A stretch of 64,000 bases of DNA from Camelus ferus (Eukaryota), in assembly GCF_009834535.1 (NCBI RefSeq), contig NC_045697.1, positions 49,044,001 through 49,108,000 of the forward strand, in the 5' to 3' direction. This document shows, piece after piece, positions 40,144-53,630 of this stretch. The translations under genes and the position numbers were made by a program. The stretch's first letter is position 1. Each line of letters begins with the position of its first letter. The notes below the pieces were generated by a model. It did no database searches and was not told the origin of the DNA. It saw only the letters and a program-made list of their open reading frames with translations.

Positions 40144-41421
40144 CTGTAGCAATAACATAATTCCCAATGTCATTAGTTTTTCTGGTCATTTCAATAAATC
40201 TAAGATTTAGCTTATGAAAGTGGTATAATTTATTTTTAATTTATGGTTACTCCTTGCCAAAATATTTTATGAATTTTCAGTATGCTTGGATTTACGAAGG
40301 TAACATGAAAAGCTCATGACTGAGAAAATAATGTGGTAGTGTAGCCTTTGGATGCAGACAAACCTGGGCTCAAATCCATCCTCCCCCACTTAGTAGCAAT
40401 GAGTCCATGGACAAGTTACTTAAATTCTTCATTTGTAAAATGGAGGTAATAATATCTACCCCATTAAGGAGACTAAAGGATAGAATTACGTAAAGCAGCT
40501 AGAAATCATGTAAGAAGCACATATATCAGTGAAGGGTAATGAGCTTAAACAATACTCAGTCAACCAAAATGACAAGTTATTAGCCACACTATGAGCCCAG
40601 CTCTGTGCTCAGCCTTGTAGGTGGTACACTACTTTTGATCTGAATGCTATCTAACACCAGTCTCTTGCCTCTTTAATTGAAAGAAAGAGGGGGAAGAACA
40701 AGTGTCATTCCTTTCTTTGTCCCATTTCTCAGGAGTGCATCTGTTGGTTCGTAGCCCGGTGCCATGGACGCAATACCCACTCATCATGAAAGGAGGTCTA
40801 ATGCTTGGGAAGGACAAAGAAACACGAAACACAGTGATCCTGCTCCTCTTTCTCATCACTCATGTTTAAACTATGAGGTAGAATGTGTGGGACCTTCTAG
40901 AGTCAAGCCAGATACACCTGCCTGAAGTAGAGAGGATGGGACAGAGCAGAGGTGAGGGAAATCCCTTCTCAGAGCTGGATTCAGCCTTACGATCCCTCCA
41001 TTCCAAGCATACTGACCTCCTTGCTGTTTCTAGAGCACACCCCCCATTGCACTGCTTCCTCAGTGCCTTTGCACTCACCGGCCCCTCTGCCATAACACTC
41101 TTCCTCAAGATGCCCACGTGGCTCACTCTCTTATCTGTTTCATGTCATCTTTTGAGTAGTATCTTCCCTGACCACCCAATGCAAAACCTGTAACCGCCTC
41201 ACAACACTGCTTGTCTTCTTTCTCTGCCTTGTTTTTCTTCTCAGCACCTATCATCATTTGATATGCTGTATATTTTTACGATTGTTTGCTCTCTTGCCTC
41301 TCACCCTCGAAAATGTAAGCTTCTGAGATTCTGCCCTGCTATGTCCCCCTGGCATCTAGAACAATACTTGGGACACAATAGGTGCTTAATAAAGATTTGC
41401 TGGATTAAAGTCAGGTTTCTT

Positions 41422-41783
41422 TTTTTAATTTTTATTTATTTTTTATTGAAGTATAATTGATTTAAAATGTGTTAGTTTCTGGTGTACAGCATAGTGACTC
41501 AGCTATAGAAATTTGTATATTCTTTTCATTATAGGTTATTACAAGATATTGAATATAGTTCCCTGTGCTATATATATGGTAGGACTTTGTTGTTTATCTA
41601 TTTTATATATAGTAGTTTGTATCTGCTAGTCCCAAACTCCTAATTTATCCCACCCCTTCCCCCTTTGGTAACCATAAGTTTGTTTTCTATGTCTGTGAGT
41701 CTGTTTCTGTTTTGTAAATAAGTTCATTTGTATCATTTTTAGATTTCCACATGTAAATGATATCATATATTTGTCTTTGTCTG
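41422..41783 (-). mobile_element. L1 3' end with 16-bp TSD, inserted at the terminus of a MER20
   Basis: TSD taaagtcaggtttctt at 41406-41421 and 41784-41799. Confidence 0.9.
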
Positions 41784-41789
41784 TAAAGT

Positions 41790-41965
41790 CAGGTTTCTTA
41801 ACTTTGGCACTATTGACATTGGAGCTGGATAATTCTTTGTTGAGGGTGGAGGGAGGGATCTGTCCTATGCACTGTAGGATGTTTAGCAGCATTCCTCGTC
41901 TCTATCCACTAGATGCCAGTAGCTCCCCCCAAATTATGACAACCAAAAATGTCATCTCCAACATT
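41790..41965 (+). mobile_element. MER20-like hAT transposon
   Basis: 'caggtttcttaactttggcactattgacatt...gatgtttagcagcat...accaaaaatgtc'. Confidence 0.75.
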
Positions 41966-41974
41966 AGGAGATAT

Positions 41975-42625
41975 TAAAAAAAGACCCAAGTCAGACTTCT
42001 TGAGATGAAAATTATAATGTGTGAGATGAAAAATACACTGGCTGGAATTAGCAGCTGCTTAAACACTGCAGGAAAAAAAATTAGAGAATTTAAAGACATA
42101 GCAATAGAAACAGAGAAAAGAGAATCAAAAAACTGAACAGAGCAGCAATGAGCTGAGACAACTTCATGCAGCCTAATCACATGTAATTAGAGTCCTGGGA
42201 GGGGTCTGAGAGACAAAAAAAATTTTGAAGAAAACTTTTCCCTAATTTGTTGAAAACTATAAACCCACATATCAAAGAGGTTTAGCAAACCCCAAGCACA
42301 ACATGAAGAAATAGCCACCGATGAGTGTAATAATCACACTAAATCAGTGACGAAGAGAAAATCTTAAAAGTATCCAAGAAAAAGCCAAAGATAAGAACAA
42401 CGTACAGTATCCTATCAAAAACAACACAATCAAGAAGACAGTGGAGCAACATCTTTAAACAAACAGAACACTTTGAACTTAGAATTCTGTACCCACAAAA
42501 ATACCTTTAAAAGTGAAGGCAGAATAAGAATATTTTCAGACATAGAAAACTGGGAGAATTCTTCACCAGCAGATCTACACTAGAAGTGTTAAAGGAAGTC
42601 CTTCAGGCGGAAGGAAAATGATACT
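41975..42625 (+). mobile_element. Old L1M ORF1-region fragment
   Basis: A-rich decayed L1 ORF1 text ('ctagaagtgttaaaggaagtccttcaggcggaaggaaaatgatac'). Confidence 0.6.
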
Positions 42626-43582
42626 ATGTGGAAACCTATTTGAACTTTTGCATAGTGATCTTCTGTCTACCAGTCAAAAGTTCAATTTTGGCAATAACCA
42701 CCATGCTTTATAAAGCAGCATTTGTGCAAGTGTTGGTAAATACAGGGAACTGAGCAATTTCATTTAGCCTAGATTCAGAGCCAGCAATGGTTCAGGCCCC
42801 ATGTGCTTGAATCTCATGGGCATAATTTGCCTGTCCAGCACCATTTTGCATTTTACCCTTTAGAAAGGTGAGAGGAAAATGGAAAATTTAAAGTGCTGAT
42901 ATTAGTAATGGAATGCATAGCTTTCATAAACCTTATGCAACAGAGTCAAAGAAGGAAAACATCATAAGTGTAAGAAAGGTCAATTGATTATGTTCAATCA
43001 TAAAGGACAAAGTTAATATGTCAAAAATACTGGAAATACAGTATCAAAATTGATGTGTAAAAGAGAGGGTAATTATTATCTTGAGTTGCAGAGAAATAAA
43101 CTCTATAACCTCCCTTACCCCCAACCTCCCGCTTAGGCACTGAAGTCTGTTGTTGGACTGGCATGATTTGACTTTGTACATATATTTGCAGTAACACATT
43201 GTGTAGAAAAATACTTAGAGGCCCATAGTACTTCCCTTTGGAACACAGCATGTCTTTTCTCTTCTGTTTCCTTATTCTGTCTTCACAGGAAATTGGTACT
43301 GGGAGACAGAGCAATTTGTTAACTATCAGGCAAGCATGTGGTCAAAAATGATGGTTTGTGGCCAAAAAGACTTCTGTAAAAATTCAAGAATTCTTTGGAC
43401 ATAAAATAAACAGTGTTCATAACCATTAACTGCAGCATTTTACTCTTGCAATAATAAACTTTCATGCGTATTTCCACTGACCATTAAAATTTCAACCTAA
43501 AAACATAGATGTGTTTCAATATATAAAACACTTAAAGAGATTGTCTCAATACATAAAACACATAAAGAGAGAAATGATGACT

Positions 43583-43717
43583 ATTTTTTTTTTCCTCACA
43601 AGCAAATTGTTGATATGAATGCAGTTTTTTTTTTTTAATGGAGGTACTGGGGATTGAGCCCCAGGACCCTGTGCATACTAAGTATGTGCTCTACCACTGA
43701 GGTATACCCCACCCCCC
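43583..43717 (-). mobile_element. Vic-1-like SINE with a double A tail
   Basis: SINE body at 43637-43717; TSD aaatgatgact at 43572-43582 and 43718-43728. Confidence 0.85.
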
Positions 43718-43986
43718 AAATGATGACTCTTTAGATATTAACAATAATGCTGAGTACCATATGCCTCATTTGTATAACTGATTTTGTTAGATGCATTAAA
43801 TATTAATTCATGTAACAAATGTTTATTTATCTATTTTCTTATGAATATCTATTAAACATCAAAAAAATTCAAGAATTTTACTGAAAAAGGCCAGTGCCTT
43901 CTGAAGTACCAGAATTCAAGAAAATTTCAAACTTTAATACAATTTAATTTTCTTTGATTCTCAGTCTTCTCCCCTTTTCCAATTAC

Positions 43987-44187
43987 CTGTGGTTTCTGAA
44001 GTCTCTGCTCATAGTCTAGTTTCTGGAAAAACTGTGGCTTCTGCAGTTTATTTAGCCCAATCCCTTTCTTTAGCTCCACAGGAACCTGGTTTGGTCTCAT
44101 GGTGTGGAGCACATTATAGCTTGGTTTGCTCTGATAGTCAATGTCGAACTGTTTTAGGATGAACTCTTCATCAATGTTTGGGCTTCC
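43987..44187 (-). CDS. FAM47E: FAM47E exon 5 (GSPNIDEEFILKQFDIDY...LQKPQ)
   Basis: ttccag| acceptor and CAG|gtaatt donor. 201 nt, phase 0-0. Confidence 0.95.
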
Positions 44188-46049
44188 CTGGAAGAATATC
44201 AAGGGCATGAGTCAAGGATAAGTGGCAAAATGCTCCTTGTTGCCTTCTTTAATCTAAGAGAAGTATTTGACCATGGCTGGAGGAGAGGTAGTTTAGAGGA
44301 GAGGTAGAAAATGCTCAGTCACCATTCATTGGAGGCAAGAAGTATTTGGAGTCTGGAGAGCTTTGTCGGTGCATTAAGAGACAGCACAGGACCTGCAAGA
44401 AGCTGTGAGTCCTGAGGGAAATAATGGGGCTGAGGAAAATTTAGTCTGTTCTATCAAAAGCAAACTTCTCCAACACTGTATAGCAGTGACACCTCTAGAG
44501 GTATTTTCCAGAAATGTCTAGAAATGTTAGTGTTTGTTCTGGCTACAGCCCCTTATAAAGGAAGATGCCACTAAGGAGAGTTACTCATTTTTCCCTGGGT
44601 TTCTCCCATGTATACTTGTTAATAAACTTCTGCTTGTTTTCTTCTTGTTATTCTGTCTTCTGTTATAGGGACCACAGAGAGAACTTAAAAGAGTAGAAGG
44701 GAAATTATTTTTCCCTCCTCTACAAACTAAACACAATCCCGCTTTGGAATATATAAGTCAGGGAACACAGAGAATGAGGCCATTAGCAACTGAAGCTGAT
44801 GTTGGGGTGAAGTTTATAGAGCAGGGTCATGAAATAGAGTCAAGAGTATAAACTAGGATGATACAATAATGGAGCAGAAGTAGAGCAAGCAGAATCAATG
44901 AGGAAGAAAATAAACAGCATGGAATTACAGTATAAGCTAGTACTATAGAGAAAATACTGCAGGGTGATGTGATAGGGGCTGAGTTAGAATGACAGGTCAA
45001 GATGGGACCTTGGTCATAAGAGATTGAAAACAAAGCTGGTCGCCAGAGCAGCTAAACTATTATCCTAGGGTTCCTTAAATTTCCTGCCTCAAAAGAGGAA
45101 CAGTCTCTAGCAGTAGGAATGAGAGAAGTAGGAAGACCGGGAATCAGGCAGTCCAGTCCAGCCAGATTGTAGGCAGGCAGTGGTAGGACGAGCATCATCT
45201 ACCTTGTCCAGCATCCCTTCTCCATCATCCTCTGGGGAGCCTCCCTCCCCTACTCTCAGTCAATCTGTTGCAGATGGGCTTGACACGCCCACCTCTTGGC
45301 CTCAGGTTAGACATGTGACCTGGACTAGCCAATGAGCATATTCCATCTCCTTACTCATAGTGGATAATTCAGGCACAGGTGTGACCAAGGTTAGTCCGGT
45401 AAGAGTAAGACCTGGACTTCTCCCTGTGGGAAAAAGGATTGCACTTTTCCCACCTCAGGTTGCTGCCTGGTGGAACATAAGCTTGGAAAGTTTTGTGGAT
45501 ACTTTTTGAATCTCTTAGGGAAAGACTACAGGAAAGTGTAGTCAGATAGAGGAGAGCAGCCAAGTGATAGGGTGAGCACCTAAAAACATTTTAGCACCCA
45601 GATCCAACTATACCTGGAGCTCCTAATACCTCTGGATAGTTCCCTTTTCTCCTTTCATTCAGTCTGAATTATATTTGAGTCACTGGTCAATGAAGTAGTC
45701 CTAAATAATACATTGACTAAAACTGACTAATGCATTCAAAAAGTGAGGGAGGGGCATTGAAAATTCTAGAACATCTTAAATCCAGGAAAAAGCATCAGGA
45801 ATCTAGACTTCTACAAGGACTCAGGAACAGGAATAGGTAACTTAAAAAGTTCTTGGAAAGAGGGCAAGAAAAGAACTTGATAACCGAGTCATAAGTCTCT
45901 TCATGTCAGATACTTTTTGTAAAGGCTGTAGTCAAGCACAGCTGCCCAAGTCCTTATCGATAAATATAACAGAAAAATGAGTTAAGGAAGGAGTGAAGGA
46001 CAGAGAGAAAAGAAGGTCCAGACACTGAAATGAAAAATTAAACTATGAA

Positions 46050-46212
46050 ACAGTGGGGTGGGAGAGATGGAGAGATGGCACCTGAAGGGTACACATTCCC
46101 ACTTATAAGATGAATAAGTTCTGGGAATCTAATGTCCAGTATAATGACTATAGTTAATAATACTGTATTATATACTTGAAAGTTGCTAAGAGAGTAAATC
46201 TTCAATGTTCCC

Positions 46213-46259
<47 letters not shown>

Positions 46260-46400
46260 GTAATTATGTGAGGTGATGGATTTGTTAACTAACCTTTTTG
46301 TGGTAATCATTTTGCAATAATACATGTATCAAATCATCACACTATACCTTAAACTTACACAATGTTACATGTCAATTAGATCTCAGTAAAGCTAGGGGAG
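46050..46400 (+). mobile_element. L1MA/MB-type 3' end containing a (CA)n repeat
   Basis: 'ataagatgaataagttctggg...ttgaaagttgctaagagagta...aaacttacacaatgtt'. Confidence 0.7.
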
Positions 46401-46660
46401 GAAAAGAGAGTCACTTAAAAAATACATGAAACAACAGCAATGTGACATATGAGCAATAAACATTCAAACACTGGCTGCAAGCTTCGAACTTTGCAGAAAT
46501 TTCATCTGCAAAAAAAAAAAAAATCTATTTTAAATGATGGGAAAGTCAAAATATTCCTTTATGACTTTTTGACTTAGTTTATATTCAAACACTGTTTTTA
46601 ACAAAAGCAATTTTAATCTTGACTTTAAAAAGTAGATTGTAAGTATTACTACTAACTTAC

Positions 46661-46811
46661 AAAAGTAGTAGCCCAGTTGCAGAAATCACTAACTCCTTTA
46701 CGCACATTTTCGTGGAGAAGCGGACCATCTTTGTGGAGCAAATCTGTTTCACTTGGCTTCTTTTCTTCATAAAGCCATTGGCCTGAATGTGACATAGGAG
46801 TCTTCTTGGGA
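46661..46811 (-). CDS. FAM47E: FAM47E exon 4 (PKKTPMSHSGQWLYEEKKPSETDLLHKDGPLLHENVRKGVSDFCNWATTF)
   Basis: ttttag| acceptor and TTT|gtaagt donor. 151 nt, phase 2-0; translated by hand because it is absent from the ORF track. Confidence 0.92.
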
Positions 46812-46997
46812 CTAAAAATAATGAGATCATCAAAGAATTACAATGTAAGACACTATGAATCCAAGTGGATTATAAATAGCGTCTTGGAGAAAGGAGATCA
46901 TAATGCAAGTATTTCTAGCAGTCTCTTGCAAGCTCATCCAAGTTATTTAATTTTTCAAAGATCATATTCTCATTATCAATATCATAAGGACAAGTAT

Positions 46998-47084
46998 AGG
47001 GAGAAGGTATAGCTCAGTGGTAGAGCACATGCTTAGCATCCACAAGGTCCTGGGTTCAATCCCTGGTACCTCCATTAAAAAAAA
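46998..47084 (+). mobile_element. Vic-1-like tRNA-Ala SINE
   Basis: ggtatagctcagtggtagagcacatgcttAGCatccacaaggtcctgggttcaatccctggtacctcca followed by an A tail. Confidence 0.85.
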
Positions 47085-47504
47085 CAGACAATTATATCAA
47101 AATTATTTAGAACAATTAAAACCTATACAGCTCTTTATCATGGTAAGTTGATTTTTTTAAAACTTATGAGTACCATTTACTAATATGCCAGGTAAAAACC
47201 CAAATTACAGCTCTTGGAATCTGCTGAAACCTTAGACAATCTTGACAAATAGACATGCTTGACTTCTTTCTCCCTCAGCCCTAGAATCCATCCCATGAAT
47301 AAATCTGGTAGATTTTAAACTCTCCTCTGAACTGTTGCAAAAGGCTCCTTGCTGGTGTCTCTGCATCTTCTCTTAAGGCCCTGACAGCCCATCCCTAATC
47401 CATTCTCTACACTGTGACCTAAAATGTTATTTCAAAATGTAAATCTGGTCTTCTCAAATGCCACTACGCTTCATCCTGGATTAAGCCTCTTCAATAGCTT
47501 CTCT

Positions 47505-48000
47505 TCAAAAATTGAGGTAAAATTCACATACCATAATATTTACCATTTCAAAGTATACAATGCAGTGGCTTTCATACATTTACAGAGTTGTGCAACCATC
47601 ACCACTACCTAATTCTGGAACATCTTCATCACCAACAAAAAAGCCCCATCACCAGTAACAGTCACTTATCATCCCCCACATTCTCTCTTCTCCTGAAAAC
47701 CACTAATCTACTTTCTGTTTCTAAGGATTTGCCTATTCTGGACATTTTATATGAATGGAACCATATAATATATGATCTTCTGTATTTGGCTTCTTTCACT
47801 TAGCATAATATTTTCAAGTTTCACACATACTGTAGCATGTGTCAGTAGTGTATTCCTTTTTTATGGCTGAATAATATTCCATTGTGTGGCTAGACTGCAT
47901 TTTGTTTATCCATCATCAGTTGATGGACACTGGAGTGTTGCCACTTTTCGGCTATTGTAAATAATGCTGCTATGGACATTCAGGTATAAATTCTTGTGTT
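47505..48000 (-). mobile_element. Old L1M 3' end
   Basis: 'attgaggtaaaattcacataccata...ttctttcacttagcata...gttgatggacac'. Confidence 0.7.
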
Positions 48001-48369
48001 CAATAGCTTCTTGTTACTCCTCCAGGTAACTAACTCCAAGTAACTCCTCCAAGATCTAAGTCTTAGTTTTCAAGGCTCTTCATCACCTGTTCCTTGCCTG
48101 TCTTTCCAGATGCTTCTGGAACTTCCACTCTTCCTTACTCTCTGAGTTCCAGCTGTAGTGGCCCTCTCTCAGTTCCATGAATTTATCACGCTCCCATCCA
48201 GCCACAGGGCCTCTGCCCATGTACATGTTCCATCTGACTGCAGCGCCTTCTCCAATCCCTCATCGCCCTTATGTCGCCCACATACCTCCCTTCCTCAGGG
48301 AGCCTGTCCCCAGAGCACACACATTACACAGAGCACACAGTGCCTTTTATTCATAACACCCATATATTA

Positions 48370-49524
48370 ACTCATCCATCCATTGATTCAAACATTTATT
48401 AGGCAATAACTATGTATCAGGGACTATTCTAGGCATTAGGAGTCAGTTGTGAATAAAATTAAGACCCTGCCCTCATAGAGCTTACAATTGAGTGGGGAGA
48501 AACAGATAGGAAAGAGGTACACAAATAAATACTAGGTGATTATAAGTGATATAAAGAAAAATAAAATGGGGCAGGAAGAATATAGAGTGATGACAGGAGG
48601 CTTTTTATTTATACAGAAAACACCTCTCTACTAAAGTGATATTTGAGCAGACCCAAAAGAAGAAAGGGAACAAACCATGTAGATATCAAACAACACAGAT
48701 ACTGGGAAGACAAGAACAGCACATGCAAAGGCCCTGAGGTAGGTGCCAAGTGTGTACAAGAAACACAAAGAGGCCAGTGTGACTGAAGAGGAGTGTGACT
48801 GATAGAGTAGTAGAGAATGAGGCTTGAGATGTAACAGGAACCTGATCATAAGGGACTTCAGAGGAAAGTGTAAGGACTTTGGATTTTACTCCAAGTAAGC
48901 AATTGGAAAGTTTGACATAGGACTGACACTATCTGACTTAAATGTTTTGCAGAATCACTTTAGCTACTGTGCAACACATAGATTGAAGTAGAGGGTGAAG
49001 GCTGGGTGGAGGCCATGAGACAGTCAGTAAACTATTCCAATAGTGCAGGCAAGAGATGATAGAATCTTGGAATAGACTGACAGTAGTAGAAGAGGTGAAA
49101 TTCTACATCTATTTCAAAGGTAAAGCCATTAGGATTTGTTGGCAGGTCACAACTATTGTTTCAAAAGCCACAGAATGAGGTACCACCTCACACCAGTCAG
49201 AATGGCCATCATTCAAAAGTCCACAAATGATAAACGTTGAAGAGGGTGTGGAGAACAGGGAACCCTCCTACACTGTTGGTGGGAATGTAGTTTGGTACAA
49301 CCATTATGGAAAACAGTATGGAGATTCCTTTAAAAACTAAAATTAGACTTGCTATATGATCCAGCAATCCCAGTCCTGGGCATATATCTGGAGAAAACTC
49401 TAATTGGAAAAGATACATGCACCCCAGTATTCAAAGCAGCACTATTTGCAATAGCCAAGACATGGAAACAACCCAAATGTTACATCGATAGATGAATAGA
49501 TAAAGAAGTATATGTATGTACGTA

Positions 49525-49578
<54 letters not shown>

Positions 49579-50640
49579 GGAATACTACTTAGCCATAAAA
49601 AAGAATGAAATAATGCCACTTGCTGCAACATGGATGGACCTGGAGACTGTCATTCTAAGTGAAGAAAGTCAGAAAGAGAAAGAAAAATACCTTATGATAT
49701 CACTTATATGTGGAATCTAAAAAAGGACACAAATGAACTTATTTATAAAACAGAAACAGACTCACAGACATAGAAAACAAACTTATGGTTACCAGGAGGA
49801 AAAGTGTGGGTGGGGGGATAAATTGAGAGCTTGAGATTTGCAGATACTAACTACTCTATATAAAATAGATACACAACAAGTTTCTTCTGTATAGCTCAGG
49901 GAACTATATTCAATATCTTGTAGTAACCTATAATGAAAAAGAATATGAAAAGGAATATGTATATATATGTATGACTGAAACACTATGCTGTACACCAGAA
50001 ATTGACACAACATTGTAAATTGACTATACTTCAATTTAAAAAAAAATTTTTTTTAAGCCAGGGAAAAATGGAGTTACTATTTACTGATCTGAAGAAGACA
50101 GAGTAGGTTTGGGGAAGAAATCAAGAGTTCAATTTGGACTTGTCAAGTCTGAGATGCCAATTCAAGTGCAAATGTTAAACATCTACACATAGATGGACTG
50201 GATGAGGTCACTTAGGTGTGTGTAAACATGCAGAAAAGAAGATGTCAGAGACTGATGCGCTCCAAGGTTAAATGGAAGGTGAGGGAGGACCAGCAAAGAA
50301 AACTAGGGAGAGAGCCATGAAGCAGGAGGAGAACCAAGAAAGAGGATGCTCCAGAGGCCAAGTGGAAAAGTGTTTCAAGAAAGAAGACATCACCAACTGT
50401 GTCCACTGCTACTGATACACCAAATGGTGATCACTGAGAACTGATTAGGTAGCATAGAGGTCAGTGGTGATCTTGACCAAGGGGAGATCCAGTGGAGTGC
50501 TGATTGCTGTGAGTTCAGGGAAAGAATGAAAAGAGGAAGTGAGTGCACATACCTCTTTCAAGGAGCTTTGCTCTAAAGTGAAGAAAAGACTGAATAGTCA
50601 AAGACAGTTTGTTTTTTTTTAAGATGGGAGATATTACCTC
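48370..50640. mobile_element. L2 element interrupted by a young L1 3' end (about 49170-50046, +)
   Basis: L2 text ('cattgattcaaacatttattaggc...gcaaaggccctgagg') flanks an L1 ORF2 end, 3'UTR and poly-A. Confidence 0.75.
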
Positions 50641-50649
50641 ATATCAGTG

Positions 50650-51095
50650 AGAGGCTGATAGTAGCTCCCAAAGAGATCATGTGCTGATCCTTGGAACCTG
50701 TAAATGTTACTTTATTCGGAAAAAGAGTCTTTATAGGTATGATCACATTAAGGAGCTTCTGATGGGAATATCCTGGATTATCAGTGTGGGACCTAAATGC
50801 CATTGCAGTGTCCTTATAAGAGAGAGGCAGAGGAAGAATGACAGGCACACCAAGGAGAAGGTGATGACAGAGCAGCGAGAGACTTGAAGATGCTTCCCTT
50901 GAAGATGGGAGTGATACAGCCACACTCCAAGTAATGCCAGCAGCCACCAGGAGGGGAACATGGCCCTGCCAATACTTTATTTCTGCACAGTATTGCTGAT
51001 TTCAGATTTCAGGCCTCCAAAACTGTACGATAATAAACTTATGTGGTTTAAGCCATTCAGTTTGTGTTACTTTGTACAGGAGCCATAGGAACCTA
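50650..51095 (+). mobile_element. MLT1-like solo LTR
   Basis: 'gaacctgtaaatgttac...tccttataagagagaggcagag...ttcaggcctccaaaactgt...tttaagcca'. Confidence 0.7.
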
Positions 51096-53069
51096 AGAAG
51101 ACGACTGATAGAAAAACTCACCGTTATATAATTATACATTGATTTTTGTGGTACAATCATTTATTAACACATTAATTTTGTTCATTTCTTCTATACGTTT
51201 ACCTTCTTTCCTTTTAAGTAGATGACCCATTAGTTTGAAATTTCTTGCCCTGGAGATTTTTGCTAGATTGACTTCACTGCCTAAGTTAAAGGCAGATCCT
51301 ATATTGTATAGAAACCCAAGGTCATTGAAGTAATTATGTAGGTGTTGTGGATGGGATGGGAAGAGAGGGGTAGGGTATAGAGTGCAGCAAAAGCAGCAAG
51401 AATTGAGGGAAAGAAGAGTCCCAAAGACCAGAAAGAAGTTAAATATCATTCCCATAATTACTGGAGACCTATCCCACTTTCTTACGCTAAAATAATGACC
51501 ATGATTGAATGTTTGCTGTTCAGAGGGATGAGGGCTTCAGGTCAGCTATAAGTAGAAATAAAAGAAAAGTAGTATTTTACAAACATATGGCTTTGTGAAC
51601 AAAGACTCATGCCCCTGGTATTTCATGCTTTCTTCCACACCAGTCTATGATCGGCACGAGGACAGGGGTCCTAACCTGTTTATCACTGTGTCCTCAGAAC
51701 ATAGCATTACCCATGACCCACAGTAGGTGCTTAGAAAGTACTGTTGGTCTTTTCACATAGAGAGAACTAGCCAATGGTTCCCTGAGGGTCAAGAATTCAA
51801 AGATGCTCACAGGACCACACTGACTCACACTGTTGGAGTCTCCAAGGGGACCCCCTACTTATAACACTCCTTCCTCTTCCCCACCCACGTTCTGAGCACT
51901 GAAAAATAATACAAAGAGCAAAGACAAAAGCCAAAATGTTACCTTTATTACTGGCAGCAGCCATATTGGAGTACCTGGGCTCAGGTCCAAGAGGACTTGC
52001 TAACAGAAACCCAGAAATAGGCAGACTGTCCTACCCAGGTCCCAGCGGGGTGGACCAGGGTGGGGCTCCCCTCAAGAAGGAAGGAGCAGAGGAGAATTTG
52101 TGCTTCTCTGGGCCATCTTGCTTCCCAGTAGAAGGGCACTGAGATGGGTGTGCCCAGTTGTTCTCCCCAGATTTACCAGGGGTACACTGAGGGGCCAGAA
52201 CAGTGGGGTTCCTGCCACCTTGGGGCTCACCCTAACCAACATGTATAATTTAATCAGTGGATCCTCTCTCCGTCCACCTCCATGAAGGTAACTCTTGTGG
52301 CTAGCAAATCTCTGATAAGTTGTCTGGGTGCTGAGGATGGGCTGGTCTCCAGTTCACCCACACTCTTCAGTGCCCGCCCGTGACGCCATTAATTTCAAAA
52401 GTCAAGTGCATAGCTCAAATCTGTTTGTATTGAGTATACTTATCATTGCCTTTACATTTTAAATTAAACGTGAATGGGGGAAATGAGAGTATGATACAAA
52501 AGGGTTGTTTCGATGAAAATTAAGCTTGGTTCTTTGGAAAGGTTCAATGAAGGTGGCATTACTGATGTAGTTTATGCAAAAAAATGATGACTGGGAACTC
52601 CAAGCAGCAGACCCACACTGCAGAAAAAAAAGGATTTATAGTAAAAGACCAGCAAGGTAAAATAAAGGTAAGACCAGGGTAAAATAAAAATGTGTCAAGT
52701 ACTTAAATATCATCTTCCATAATTCCCTCTATTAATTTTTTTTTTGGTTATTCAACTGACTACTGATTCCAATCATGCTAAATAGGCTTCTGCTACAGAT
52801 AATTCAAAATGCCCCTGGGGGTCAATCAATCGGGTTTCCTGCAGTTTTTCTCTTTTCTCAACTGTTCTAGAGTCACATGGACACAGCCATTTTTGCTGCA
52901 TTGTCGGATAATTCATATCCATTTCCGAAATAAACACTATTCAGGGTGGGACCCAAGGCTCTTTCCCTCCTCCTTGAGAACTTAGTCAATTTGCTCCTCT
53001 TAGTCATTTTAAAGATTCTTAATTATTCCCAAAATAGTCTAAAGATGAGAAGCTTTGAGATGATAAACG

Positions 53070-53572
53070 TAGTCACTGACTTACATTGGTTCAACTTAAT
53101 GATTTTTTGACTTCACAATGGTGCAAAAGCAACATTCATCCAACAGAAAATGTACTTCGAATTCTGAATCTGGATCTTTTCCCAGGCTAGCAATATGCAG
53201 TAATGGTACTCCTTCCTGATGCTGGGCGGAGGCAGTGAACTGCAGCTCCAGGTCAGCCATATGATCACGAGGGGAAACAGCCAACATACTTCCAACCATT
53301 CTGGATCCTCACAACCGTCCCGTTTCTCACCTTCAGTCCAGTATTCAATAAATTACTTGAGATATTCAACACTTTATTATACAGTAGGCTTCATGTTAGA
53401 TGACTGTGCCCAACTGTAGGCTAATGTAAGTGTTCTGAGCATGTTTAAGGTTTGCCAGGCTAAGCTATGTGGTTTGGTAGGTTAGGTGTGTTAAATGCAT
53501 TTTCGACTTAGGATGTTTTCCATTTACCATGGCTTTATCAGGATATAACCCACTGTAAGTCAAGGAAGATCT
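53070..53572 (-). mobile_element. MER47/Tigger5-like TcMar DNA transposon
   Basis: Inverted 'gacttac' / 'gtaagtc' termini and characteristic 'gttaggtgtgttaaatgcattttcgactta' body. Confidence 0.72.
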
Positions 53573-53630
53573 CTACTAGAATGTTTCATTAGAGGACAGG
53601 AATGAGTGAGAGGTTACGAACGATACTTAC

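Noticed and set aside
46998..47075. tRNA-Ala(AGC)-like sequence
   Set aside because: Mismatched stems, an A tail and several dispersed diverged copies indicate a SINE, not a tRNA gene.
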